From Tricharina praecox (lineage: Eukaryota): a DNA stretch of 64,000 nt. The notes under the pieces were generated by a model. The model was not told where the DNA came from. It did no database searches and worked only from the letters and a program-made list of their open reading frames with translations. This document shows positions 1-11,469 of this stretch, piece after piece. The position numbers were made by a program, and so were the translations under genes. The stretch's first letter is position 1. Each line of letters starts with the position of its first letter. The stretch spans positions 1,798,001 to 1,862,000 of the forward strand of contig NW_026250405.1 of assembly GCF_024521635.1 (NCBI RefSeq). The letters run 5' to 3'.

Positions 1-874
1 CCCGCAAGTACAAAGCACTGGCTCACGAGGAGGTGACGTGGAAACATCTCCGACGCCCCTCCCAACGAGGAGAAAACATGCATACCGCTTGATTAGAGCC
101 TTGTAGCGGTACCGAGATGACAGCGTCCAGGTGCCTTTATAGGTAGATGTTTGACGATGGTGATCGTGTATCACTCTCGAACACAAGTCTGCTTCATCAT
201 CACATCACTCGTCGAAGCCCAGGTCAACCAGAACGAATGCTCCCTAGTTGTCGGGGCGTATACGGACAAAAATGAGCACCGTGTCTACCGGTATTCGACC
301 AAATATGAGTAACGTGTCTAATCGAACGAAAATGGCCGGACGCCGAGAGGTTGGAATAAAACATTCCTATGGGGATTACTGATTACCTGCTGTAGGCATA
401 ATTTCTTTCGACGTTGTAGAAGAATATATTCACTGGCAAGATGGGGCTGGCGCCTATGATCTGGATGCTGTTGGCGGCGGCTTTTGGCGGCGGCCGTATG
501 CTCGGAAATCGTTAAGGAACCGTGCATCTTGCAGCTGTCCCTCCCACCCGCATCGCATTATATTCCCTCTTGTCCCCTTCCTTTGCCCTGCGTTCATACC
601 CCAATGTACGTCACAACCCACACATTCTATAAGAACAATATCCACGCCTACGGTACACACATCACTACCTCCGACAAACGACGAGCTTGCTGCTGCTACT
701 ACAACAACGAAGCACCCCCACATCCTCTCCTCTTCTATCTCCCCTACCACAACAACAAGCTGTCCCTCCTCCCTCCTCCCCGCACAACAACAAGAACAAC
801 AACAAGCTGTCCCTCCTCCCCCACCTCCCACCCCCCACCCCCCCACAACAACGACAACAACCGTTGGAACCAGA

Positions 875-2130
875 ATGGCCAGCGAAAGCATCTTCAATAC
901 AGGTACGCCTAGCGGAGACGCAGCCGCCACAGCGGAACAAACCAAAGCACCACCAGCCATTGTCGAAGATTCTTGGGTCAACAACTGGGACTTGAACGTC
1001 CTTCACTGCGGATCTTGCGAGAGACCGTTTGTGACTAAAGAACGTCTCTCGGACCACATGCGTGTCTGGCATTCTGCCGGCTCACCGTCGCTACCGCCGT
1101 ACGAGAAGCCTGCATCGAGTTTTACGGATGTCGTCAACACCCCGAGCGTAACCATCGTCAACGGTGGAGACTTATTCATCGAGACTACGGTTTCGGACGA
1201 TTATCGATCTCCTGATGGCCCCGTACCCCCGGCCAATGTTCGTTTCCTGGTATCCTCATCGGTTCTCTGGGCGGCCTCGCGAGTCTTCAACTGCATGTTC
1301 GGCCCCGATTCTCCCTACCAAGAAAGGATCGATCTACGGCAGTCATGGATCACGGGACTTGGAGGTCCGTCAGTAGTGGAGCTTGACGACGATCGCGATG
1401 GCCTCCAATACGTTTTTAATGCTTTGCATTACCGACATGGGCTATTTCGACATCCCAGTGTGCTGCTGATGGCAGCCGTATCAGCCATTACTGAAAAGTA
1501 TGAACTGCACACTGCAATGCAGCTCATCGCCGACGAGCATTTCCGGCCACTGGTATAAGTCATCACGAGTAGCTACGGCAACTGGCTGATTACGTCTTAC
1601 ATCTTTGGATATCACGATATATTTAGAAAATCGTCACTGGAATTAATTCTCTCCAGAGAAAATACTGTCTCAACAACTGTCAGTATTTTTACACCGGAAA
1701 GCGTGACAGGTAGTTCTTATCGAGCCAAACCTTTCTCACCACTGCTTTCTCTGACCATCTCCGAACAGATACGATAATGGAAAAGCCGAAGCTCATCTTC
1801 CACGAACTGAGCGAATACGTGCATACAGTCGAAGAGCAGCGCCCGGTCACAACCCCAGCGATGCGATCGAGTATGCGTGCTCAGCTCGAAAAGGTCTCCA
1901 TGAGACGTACCAGCTTTCAGCTATTGGAAGGCGCTCGGAACAACGGTTTGCGCAACTATACGACGGAAGCCTGTGGTTCCAGACCCCTTATGTTGACCTT
2001 CCCGGATGGCGCACCGCACAACTCATGCTTGTTTGTCCCAAACATTCAAGATTTCATGATCACCCTCATGTGTTCAGTCCAAGGATTAGAACTTTCTGAA
2101 TTCCCATCAGCCGCCGGGAGGAACAACTAG
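875..2130 (+). pseudogene. C2H2-finger + BTB/POZ-like protein, copy 1; single in-frame TAA at 1556-1558
   Basis: ATG at 875. C2H2 motif CGSC-x12-H-x4-H, then BTB-like GGDLFIE...RFLVSSSVLWAASRVFNCMF...LDDD...LH...KYE. The frame stays open and paralogue-like after the TAA (YGNWLITSYIFGYHDIF). An intron at 1710-1768 (GTAGTT...CTGAC...CAG) joins in phase to exon 2, which ends LSEFPS...TAG at 2130. Confidence 0.75.
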
Positions 2131-2222
2131 TGCTCTAGTACTGGTTTCACGAACACAGACTCGCAGCAGTTGAGCATCGGACTGTCCACTTGGCAAATGG
2201 GGCTCGAATCTTGAATTTCGGC

Positions 2223-2482
2223 CAATGGTTGTTTTTAGTTTCCATTTTTACTGCAATTTTAGAGCGTATGTCAAACTCTAATCCTCCAAATTTTGCAAGT
2301 GTCTAATCTCGTCACTCGATCAGTAGCTCGAATTACTTAGCGAGAGGGGTTTTGAAGTTCGCATTTAGGGCAATGGTTGTCTCTGATTTCAATTTTACTG
2401 CAATTTCAGTGCGTGGGTTAAACTCAAATCCCCCAAATTTTGCCAGTGTCTAATCCCGTAGCGCAATCAATAGTAGCTCGAA
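2223..2482. repeat. Diverged tandem duplication, 2 copies of ~110 bp, period ~148 bp
   Basis: CAATGGTTGT...TTTTACTGCAATTT...CCAAATTTTGC.AGTGTCTAATC...AGTAGCTCGAA occurs at ~2223-2332 and ~2371-2482. Confidence 0.8.
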
Positions 2483-3154
2483 CTGGCCACGCTCTTCGCC
2501 GTCTCTACACATGCCTTTCGATCAAACAAACGAAAGTCGTCACTACCTAGATGTGAGTACTGAGATAACATCGATGGAATAGGCTCAAGCTGCGTGCTTT
2601 CACACCGTAACGCCATTCTGCCGCACTGTCTCTTCGTCATCCGAAACTCACGTGCCTATGGGCCCGAGTAATCGGATGAGCAGATATCCTTCAGCATGGT
2701 TACATGTATTGTCTGTCATCTGTGGGGTAGTTCATACAAGGCTATGGGGGTTTGCGAATTGGTGTTGGTTGCGAACTGGGCCGATTAGTTTGCGTAAATA
2801 ATGGCGGGGTTAAGCGGGACAGATTACCGATATATCTCTTTCCAACGTCTCCACGAGCCCTTGGGTCAAACGCCGGAATAGAAATGATTTGTACCTTGTC
2901 CAAAATGCGATGTATGTAGGGTTTTGCTAGGGAAAACACCAGGAACTGGTGGTGGTAGAATGCGCTTTACAACCTACCGCCAACGTGACCGCTGTAACCT
3001 GCCAGTCATTAGGAGCGGTTTGCCATACCGGTAGAATTAGCGCGCGTGTTTGTGGTTCAGCTACAGCTATCGTAGTCTTAACAGGCTTATAGACGTGAAA
3101 TAAAATGGATGCCCTTCCTCCCCGCTGTTGCGCTGTTGTTTGCCTCTTTTGGTC

Positions 3155-3260
3155 CACACTGCATACTCCACACTCCACTTTCCACACTCGACGCTCGACA
3201 CTCCAGGCTCCAGACTCCAGACCCCAGACTCCACATTCCACACTCCACACTCCACTCACT
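3155..3260 (+). repeat. Degenerate heptamer microsatellite (CTCCACA/CTCCAGA)n
   Basis: Repeated ACTCCAC/ACTCCAG units upstream of BTB copy 2. Confidence 0.7.
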
Positions 3261-3428
3261 CTTCACTCACCAGTTTCCACTTTGCTCCATCCTCCCTCTG
3301 TCTTGACCAATAACCTACGCTTCCATTGCGACACCCCCTCTGGATTCTGAACACCAGAGCGCATCACGCATACCTACAAACACCAAGTTGCCGCTGCAGT
3401 AGTAAGTAGCATTACAACAGCCGCCGAC

Positions 3429-4540
3429 ATGTCACACATTCCCACCGCAGGAGGTAGCGAGAAGGAAACCACCAGCAACTTCCTACCGGATTTGACGCAT
3501 CGCAATGTGGATGAGATTGTGACAATTGTTCACGGCGGGGACTTATTCATCGAGGTTCTGGTCGCGGACAGCTCTGAGATCTAAGGCGGTGATGCGCCCT
3601 CCAAATCGGTCAGATTCCAAGTACTAGCGTCAACCCTCTGGTCGACTTCGCGGGTATTCAACTCCATGTTCGGTCCGGAATCTCACTTCCTAGAAGCGAT
3701 TGAGCTCCGGCGGTCGAAGATCCCAGAACTCGGATATCCTCCGGCCGTAGTCGCCCTCAACGACGATCCAGATGCTCTGGAGTACATATTCAATGTACTC
3801 CACCACCGACAAGAGCGTCTTCCGGAGGTCGACCAGCCGCTGATGGTGGCGGTGGCTGCGATTTGCGATGAATACGAACTTCACAGTGCGCTGCAGCCCG
3901 TCGCCGACAGAGTTTTCCTACCTCTAGGAGAAATCGCCTCGGAGGGCTTCGGCGACTGGATATTCATTGCGTATGTCTTCGGATACGAGGATCTGTTCGC
4001 GAAGGCGTCGCGGGAGTTGATTCTCTCCAACCAGGAAACAATTTCAACTATCAATGTTTACACACCCCAAAAAGTGACAGGTACGTATTTATCATCAAGC
4101 CGAACCGGTGTCACTACTTTCTCTAACCATCTCTCAACAGAAACGATTACTGAGAAGTGGACGCTCATCGTGAGCGAGCTGAGCCACAAATTGGAGTCGA
4201 TCCCGGGGAACATGTACCCACAGTGAGATGCACGAGACTGGTTAGGAATACGAACAACTACGGCGAACTCTCATGCGAGATGGGTCAGTCCTGGCAGTTT
4301 TCTCGCGCGTTTGTCCGCAGTCAACTCTCTGGAAACATCGAGCACCAGAATTTGAGCGAGTTTTGGAAAGAAATTCAAATTCTTGAACCAAGGTCCGACT
4401 TTAATTATCATTTCAACCTCGACGGCGGCCATTACGCATGTTCATGGGTTCCGGGCTTCCAAAAGTTTGTACAAGCCCTTATGGGCTCAGTCGAAGCCAT
4501 ACTCTCCGATTTTCCCTCAAGCAAAAGGAACCACAAATAG
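3429..4540 (+). pseudogene. BTB/POZ-like protein, copy 2 (no C2H2 finger); premature TAA at 3582-3584 and a frameshift near 4200-4225
   Basis: ATG 3429 (MSHIPTAGG...FLPD...IVHGGDLFIE) reads to an in-frame TAA, then resumes VRFQVLASTLWSTSRVFNSMFGP. Intron at 4081-4140. Exon 2 stops at 4226, while the paralogous C-terminus (CSWVPGF...LSDFPSSKRNHK) continues in another frame to 4540. Confidence 0.8.
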
Positions 4541-4906
4541 GTGTGTACTACCAGTCTTTCTCTACTCCTTCAAGTTCTTCCGCTTCCACCACGACGATGG
4601 ATTGCTGATTTACCTACTGTAGTGTGGACGGAATCTTTTTTTAGCGGCCATGACGTTAAGCTCAATTTTTTTTTGTGTGGCTGTGGCGAGTAGTCGCGTG
4701 TTTTTTTAGCAAAGAAAGGTATTCACAGTGTTTTTCGGTATGATCCCCTACACCAAAATGCGCCCTTTTGGAAGGAGCAGCACATTCAGTTAGAAAACTT
4801 GCTAATTTTCCGGTGGATCAGTTCGATGAAGTTTCGCCATCATTGTTTTGCAATGTTTACGCGTTTCGAAATAAGAGTATAGTTACAGAAGAAGAAAATC
4901 GGAGAT

Positions 4907-5218
4907 CTAGCAGTATCCAATCACGAGTCGATCAAATGTAGAACCAGCAGCGTCCGCGAGAAAGTTACAATCCTCTCCGCCCTCCACCTCGTCCTCCTCC
5001 TTGATTTCTATCAGCTCCTTCTCCTCATCGGCTCCCTTCTGGTTCGCGTCAACTTCCATTTCTTCGGCGGCGGTGGCGGCAGCGTCGGCGTCAGCTTCGT
5101 CCTCAATCGCGGAACTGGCGGTGAGATACTCGGTTAGCAAGGCAAAGATTTCGAGGTACTCGATGAAGGACTCAATGGTCTTGTCCTTGGGATTGGGGAT
5201 GAAATAGTTGGCGCTCAT
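4907..5218 (-). CDS. Hypothetical small acidic protein (103 aa)
   Basis: ATG-initiated ORF with an amphipathic N-terminal half and an E/D/A-rich tail; no family recognised. Confidence 0.3.
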   Translation of the reverse strand: MSANYFIPNPKDKTIESFIEYLEIFALLTEYLTASSAIEDEADADAAATAAEEMEVDANQKGADEEKELIEIKEEDEVEGGEDCNFLADAAGSTFDRLVIGYC

Positions 5219-6179
5219 AATCTCGTCGTTTGGTGAATTTTAGTGGCGGGCGATTTGCTTTTAGTTGCGACTTGTTGAGCGGTGGGTTTTCATGCGTTTG
5301 ATGGTGTGAGAGGAAGAAAGGGGAGATAGAGAAATGGGAGAGGAGGAATCTGGAGGGGCGAAAAGAAAAAACTCATAAGGTGTTTGGAGCTGAATCGCTC
5401 TTGAGAGCCACTATTGAGGCTTGTCTTTTTTTTTCCCTGCCCCCTTATTGAGGCTTGTCGTTGTCGCCGAGACAGCTGATATCACTCGCATATCGAGTGA
5501 TCACGGGGGAAACGCCCCCCGAGAACCACGCAGCAGTGGGCAGTTACGACAGCTTGGGTTCCATAAATAGCCTCCAGTACGGAGAGACTAAATCTTACAT
5601 TCTTACGGGAGGGCATGTTGCGTATCATTGCCTCGAGCCGCAGTAGGCAAGTCCATGGTTAGTGGAGCTGGCTACAGCCCACGACTCGACTGAGTCAGTC
5701 AGTGTGTTTTCCCATCAGGATATTGGACGACTCCCTGGAACCAGGGATATGAGCGTGGTTGGCTGTGTGGTTACATGGTCCTCACTCGGCCTTGATCCCG
5801 CATATCGTGTATCTGGAAAAAAATAACGTCAATATCCGAGTGACATCCCGACGACAAACCGAAACAACCCATAGTTCTCGCTGACTTTTAGCAGCAAATC
5901 TACTAATGGCGTTACCAACACTATCTCGCTATTCTTTCTCTATATACTTGTATATAGGTACACGGCATCTCTGGAAAGGCGGAATCCGAGTGAGATTCTA
6001 TAGATGCCGGCACGGCGGAGCTATAGCGCTCGTGATTATTCTACCGTGAGCCCTGAGATCTCGGCAAAAGTGCTCTAGGAAGAGCGTGGAAGGAAACGGA
6101 AGTGTGACGTTGGACATCTTCGATGTTACCATAGCCGGCGAGCCGTGCTTAACGCTTGTTAGGTTCAGAATCTGAGGGG

Positions 6180-6862
6180 GTGGGTATTCACACCACAGCT
6201 AGTGCTATATCCGCGGAGGGTTGTGGCGGAGCTGTTGGTGAGAGAAGGAGTTATCAGCGAGAGGAGGAAGTGATGGAGGAGCTGCCAGCGAGAGGGGAAC
6301 TCTCAGCGAGAGGAGGAGCTATTAGCGAGAGGAGGAAGTGATACTGCTCGTAAAAGGGTCCAGCAGGGCGAGTAGTAGTGGGAGGAGACAGTATCCGCGG
6401 CGGGTGGAGCAATCCGAGGAGAAGTAGAGCTAGTAGCAGGTACCGTATTAAACCGAAGTTGTGTAGAATCCAGCTTCTGCATTGAACCGGTCGGTAGGCG
6501 GGTAATGACTGCAGCTAAAGACGGTATTTCTGTGGCCCAAAGTGTTGGTAAGGTATTCACAAAGTTGTCGTGGGAACCGGTGTTCTCGCAGAATACTTCA
6601 TCTTCACAATATAACAGTGACGGATTGTTGCTGAAACAATACGGCAACTCCTAAAGTAGCCTGCCCGCAAATGTAGTATTTAGATAGGCTCGCGTAGTCA
6701 TACGATCAGGCATTTGTCACCAGCATTTTTGATAAATGTGCATTGTAAACAAGGGTGCGCAGTGTCACAACTATAGCAAGGCGACAGGATTTCAGGCACG
6801 ACGCATTCGTATCAATCCAAATCCCATTGAGCTCGGTATTCTTAATCGATGCTGAAATTGCA
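6180..6862 (+). repeat. Dispersed repeat family A, copy 1 (internal ~18-bp minisatellite plus unique tail)
   Basis: GGGTATTCAC...ATCCGCGG.GGGTTGTGG.GGAGCTG, then (CAGCGAGAGGAGGAGCT)-like units, then the 6667-6862 block. Both blocks match the reverse complement of 29290-30075 in the same order. Confidence 0.75.
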
Positions 6863-7486
6863 TAACTCGAGTAACACTCCTGTCCCGATAACACCACCGT
6901 TTTGCCATAGTAGGTATGAGTCATGACTACCCTTGTGTACATAGGTTTCATGCTGCAATGAGACGGTACTTGGAGGGGGTGGATGCACCGTGTATCCTCC
7001 CTGTCAGCGCAAGCACGTAGGTACTCGTATTTCTGTACCGGTATTGGACACTACCGTCATCAAGTCACCTCCAAGCTCGATCCATTGCCATTGTAAAGTC
7101 ACTTTCGCTTTTCATCTATTGGCTCTCTCGCTTTCATGAATCTGTCGGTATCCTGGCCGATCAATATCGGCCATCCGTGAGGAATGTTTTCGAGGAGGTT
7201 ACCAAACGGTGCTGGTTTGAAAGTGGAGTCGACCGGTTGGCCTACCGGCGGAGTTTGTCTTTGCAAAGCGAGGAGAGTAGTCGCCACAACGGAAATGGTT
7301 ACACGAGGAACCGATGCTGACTCGTGAGATGCGCCGTGAGGCTGGCTTTGTTGTAGGCGAGCGCTTAGCTACCCCAGCTACCCCACCGTTGTATCTCGTC
7401 CCTCCACCTCCATCTCCCCCTTCCTTCCATACCCTCTCCGATCCAGTCAACACCCTGACCTCCATCACGACTCTCACTCTAGAAGC

Positions 7487-8869
7487 TTGCCATCGGAGCG
7501 TATCGCAGCCTCCTACGCACGACAAGCTCGCCGTGGCAAACGTGAGTACAGAACCACCTTCAGCACGCCTACCTCCGGCGGCGATGGAACCACTGTTAAT
7601 TTTCCTACACTAGGATCTCTTAGCTCGGAAGTTGATAGACTGAACGAGAAGACGGAACACGTTGAGATCAAACTCGCACCATCACAGTTCATTGATGACT
7701 CCTGGATCGAAGGCTGGGACATGACCATCATTCGCTGCGGATACTGCACGAGACCGTTTCCGACGAAGCAAAGACTCGCAGACCACCTGCGTGTATGGCA
7801 TTCCTTCGACTCACCGCCCATAGAGCCTTATAAAAAGTTCCTACCGGATTCCACGCGTTTCGATGTAGATCAGATCGTGGCAATTGTCAACGGCGGGGAC
7901 TTGTTTATCGAGGCTACGGATCCGGACGGTTCTAAAGTCGATTTCAGGTAGTGGCATCAGCTCTCTGGATGACTTTTCGGGTTTTCAACTCCATGATCGG
8001 CCCGAAATCTCGCTTCCAAGAGGCGATCAAGCTCCGGCGATCATATATCTCGGGACTCGGAGATCCTCCAGTCGTAGTGGCTCTTGACGACGATCCAGAT
8101 GCTCTGGAGTACATATTCAATGTACTCCACCACCGACAAGAGCGTCTTCCGGAGGTCGACCAGCCGCTGATGGTGGCGGTGGCTGCGATTTGCGATAAAT
8201 ACGAACTTCACAGTGCGCTGCAGCCCGTCGCCGACAGAGTTTTCCTACCTCTAGGAGAAATCGCCTCGGAAGGCTACGGCGACTGGCTATTCATCGCGTA
8301 TGTTTTTGGATACGAAGATCTGTTCTCGAAGGTGTCACAGGAGGTGATTCTCTCCAACCAAGAAACAATCTCGACCATCAGTGTTTACACACCGCAGAAG
8401 GTGACAGGTACGTATTTATCACCAAGCCGAACCGGTATCACTATTTTCTCTGACCATCTTGACAGAAATGTTAATCGCAAAGCGGACGCTCATCGTGAGC
8501 CAACTGGTAGAAAGATTGATTTCGATCGGATATGAGCGCATGATTAAGCCCGGAGAGCCTCGACCGACCGTGAAATGCAAAGCCACCTATAGTGGCGACA
8601 CAATGTGCGAATTCCTTCAGTTCGGACACTTCGTTGGGACGCTTGCCAGCGGACGGCTGTTGGAAAACATTCCGAATAAGAGTTTGCTCCAGATTTGGCA
8701 AGATTTCGAAGCCATTCAACCCGTTACACTACCTCAAATACGTACTAATTTACATGCCGGCTCATGTTCATGGGTTCCGGAATTCAAAAGTTTTATGCGG
8801 ACTCTCATAGAAACGGACGAAGACTTGAAACTCTCCGATTTTCCCTCGAGCAAACGGGACCACAAATAG
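7487..8869 (+). pseudogene. C2H2-finger + BTB/POZ-like protein, copy 3; 1-nt frameshift at ~7940; true start uncertain
   Basis: DSW...CGYCTRPF...HLRVWH finger and VNGGDLFIE. GTC-GA-TTT-CAG-GTA-GTG-GCA lacks one base relative to copy 2 (GTC AGA TTC CAA GTA CTA GCG), giving TAG at 7949-7951. An intron at 8408-8465 leads in phase to LSDFPSSKRDHK* at 8869. Confidence 0.8.
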
Positions 8870-9280
8870 GGTACTTAGACCCCCCTCCACTCCGTGCGAT
8901 GGCTTGCTTACTTACTTTGATTAAGAGACTTCCGAGAAGCGAAGTTTTTGTGTTTTGGATGCAGGGCAATGCTGTTCGTCGTTTTTCTCATGTCCTTTAT
9001 TGTCAGAGCGAGCATTACCCCCACCCTTTCCCCCTTCCCCCTTCCCCCTTCCCCCTCCCCCTCCTCCTAAATGCAAGGCTTCGTACCATCGTTTCTGTCC
9101 GGTTATGAGTGAATTTTTGTATCTCTGCTCGATTCTCATAGTGATCGCCTGTCAGAAGAGTGTAGAAGGATTTCGTGTTTAGTCTCGTCCTCGCGATGTG
9201 AATTATTCAGCTCAGAGTCGTGTGTCTCCTTAGTCAAGAGTCGTGGTGATACCCTAACATGACGGCGGGAAATCCGTCGA

Positions 9281-9535
9281 GGGACCCAAAAACCGGTGAT
9301 GGTTCAAAATCTTGATCAATTCCAGAAAAACTCAAAGGTAGCGATAGTGATACAAGGTGATGATCTAATGAGGACCAGAGACCGACGGCAGGCAGACAGA
9401 AGTAGTGACAACAGAGATAGATAAACGTTGGGCGATCGCATCGGGCCTGGATCAGGTCCCGCCAGGTCTCAATAAGGTCTCCTGTCTTCGGCGCTCACCG
9501 ATGACACCAAGCCGCCTCTGCCTCCGCGCCCCTAA
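9281..9535 (+). repeat. Dispersed repeat family B, copy 1 (~250 bp)
   Basis: GACCCAAAAAC...GGTTCAAAA...CAAGGTGATGA...GTAGTGACAAC...CTTCGGCGCTCACCGATGACACCAAGCCGCCTCTGCCTCCG matches 13846-14100 in direct orientation. Confidence 0.85.
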
Positions 9536-9869
9536 CTGTAAAACTAGGTAGTCGTGATGAAGAGAGCAAGAAGGGGGTGACAACAGTGCTGCATAACGTA
9601 CATACCTCACGAGATGCCCGGCTCGCCGCTTTAATCACCTTCTCGAAGGGCTAGATGTGGTGCCAACACAAATCCTACTCATCTGAAACCTGCTGTTTCG
9701 CACCAGAGTACCCCAAAAGGAACGAATACAGAAGCAAATACGGCGAAATAAAAAAACTCCCCCCCCCCCCCAAAACTCCGCTATCAGCAGAAACAGGATC
9801 AAATCAACCTCCCTACTCCATTTCGCATCTAATGGTCTAGTATACCCCCCACTAAACCCTCCCTCTCCC

Positions 9870-11469
9870 CTAACTAGCACCCCTCCTCGGGTCTCCCCTC
9901 ACCTCGAGGGTCTCCGTCCACACCCTCCTCTCCACCTCCTCGCTACCCTCTCTGGGCCTCCTCCTCTCCATCTCCCTCCCGTGGCACCAAATCTTGGCCC
10001 TCTCCGCGAACCAGTAATCCTCCGCACCCAGGCGCCAGGGAAAGCTTCCACAGCTGTTGTCCCTGACAAGCTTGTCTACCTCTCCGGCCCCGTCGATTCC
10101 CACATCGACGGTGACGGCCGCGCACACGAGCCTGATGGCCATGGCGCGGGGGTTCTCGATGCCTCCCGGGAACTGGAGGAACGAGACGAGCTCGTCGAGC
10201 TCGTCTCCGTCGATGCCGGTCGCACGGTCGACGCGGCCCGAGTCTTCCTCGTCGCACCGGGTCGATCCGCGCTGGACTGAAGAGAAGATACTGGTAAACC
10301 CGTCGCGCTCGGGAGAAAACATATAGTTTATCTCGCGGTTGAAGAGGCGACGGGCCTGCGCACTGGAGTACGGCTGGTCGCTCGGCTGGCGGATGCGGTA
10401 GCCCAGTGCCACCCCGTGGAAGCGGCCATCCGGACGGTGCTCCGCCGCACCGTAGCCGCGGACTACGTTGTGGGAGAACCCCACTTCCAACACAGCTAGG
10501 CTGTACGGAACGTAGATGCGCACGAAGATGCGGCCGGTGCATCCGCCGGACTGCGAAGCGTACTCCGTGTGAACTGCCAATGTTCCGTCGCCGACGGAAC
10601 GGCAGAACGACTCCTCGATGCCGGACCAGAGCAGGAGATCGTAAGGCGCATCACGGGAGACGGTGCGGAGGGAGTCGGCGGTCGTCGTGCCGTTCTCCGG
10701 GGGCGAGTATGTCTGCTTGGACTCGAGCTTGAGGCGGAAGATGAGGAATTGCTTCCAGGTCCATTCGTCGTGATCTTCTGGAAAGGGGCTTGGGAGGTTC
10801 CAGCATGCAGCGGCGAGGGCCTGGTAGGATGTCGTGCGCATGTCGACGGGTGAGGGGGGTGAGCGGCGCCAGGAGAGTTCCTTGGATCTCATGTATGGTC
10901 GGAGCAAGTATGTCCAGACATCCTGGTCTGAGCGGTGTACGAGGTAGAGAGTGATGTTCTCAGCTTTGTGCAGCTGTGGGAGGAGCTCCTTATGTAGAGC
11001 GACGTCGTCGTAGTACAGGCGGTAGAAGTAACGGCTTACTCCGAGTTCGTCGATGATTGAGCGCTGCATTCAATTTCAGTTGATGTTACTGCAGAAGAGG
11101 AAGAGAGGAACCAACAATACTAATGCCATTCTCGAGGTTCTTGATGGGAACATCCACACTCTCCTTCTCTCCCCATACGTGAACAGCAGAGGGTCCAATC
11201 GGGATGACAGTGATGTGAGTAGCGATGGGAGGTAGCAGGACCTCGGGCATAACGGGTCCAGCGGGAATGCGAAACTTCTCTGCCATGATCTCCTTCTGCT
11301 CTTCCTCACCGGCGAAAAGAGAGAGTGTAGCAATGACGTTCGGCATCAAAGCAAGTTGTTGAGGGGAAATCGAGCGGAGGTGAGGTGGAAGCCGAGCAAC
11401 GAGTGCCCTCGGGAAGTTAGGGACAGTGGCCGTGGCTGCTGTTTGAGTGGTGTTGGTGGTGCTCATCAT
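9870..11469 (-). CDS. Hypothetical protein, ~515 aa, two exons
   Basis: ATG at 11469/11466. A phase-0 intron at 11115-11064 (GTTGGT...TGCAG, 52 nt) joins ORF 11086-11841 to the 399-aa ORF 9870-11069 (NGISI|RSIIDELGV). Coding-like GC pattern; no family recognised. Confidence 0.6.

Noticed and set aside
454..995. Overlapping Gln/Pro/Asn-rich ORFs upstream of BTB copy 1
   Set aside because: They arise from low-complexity CAA/CCT repeats, including a local duplication of ACAACAACAAGCTGTCCCTCCTCCC; there is no protein-like signal.
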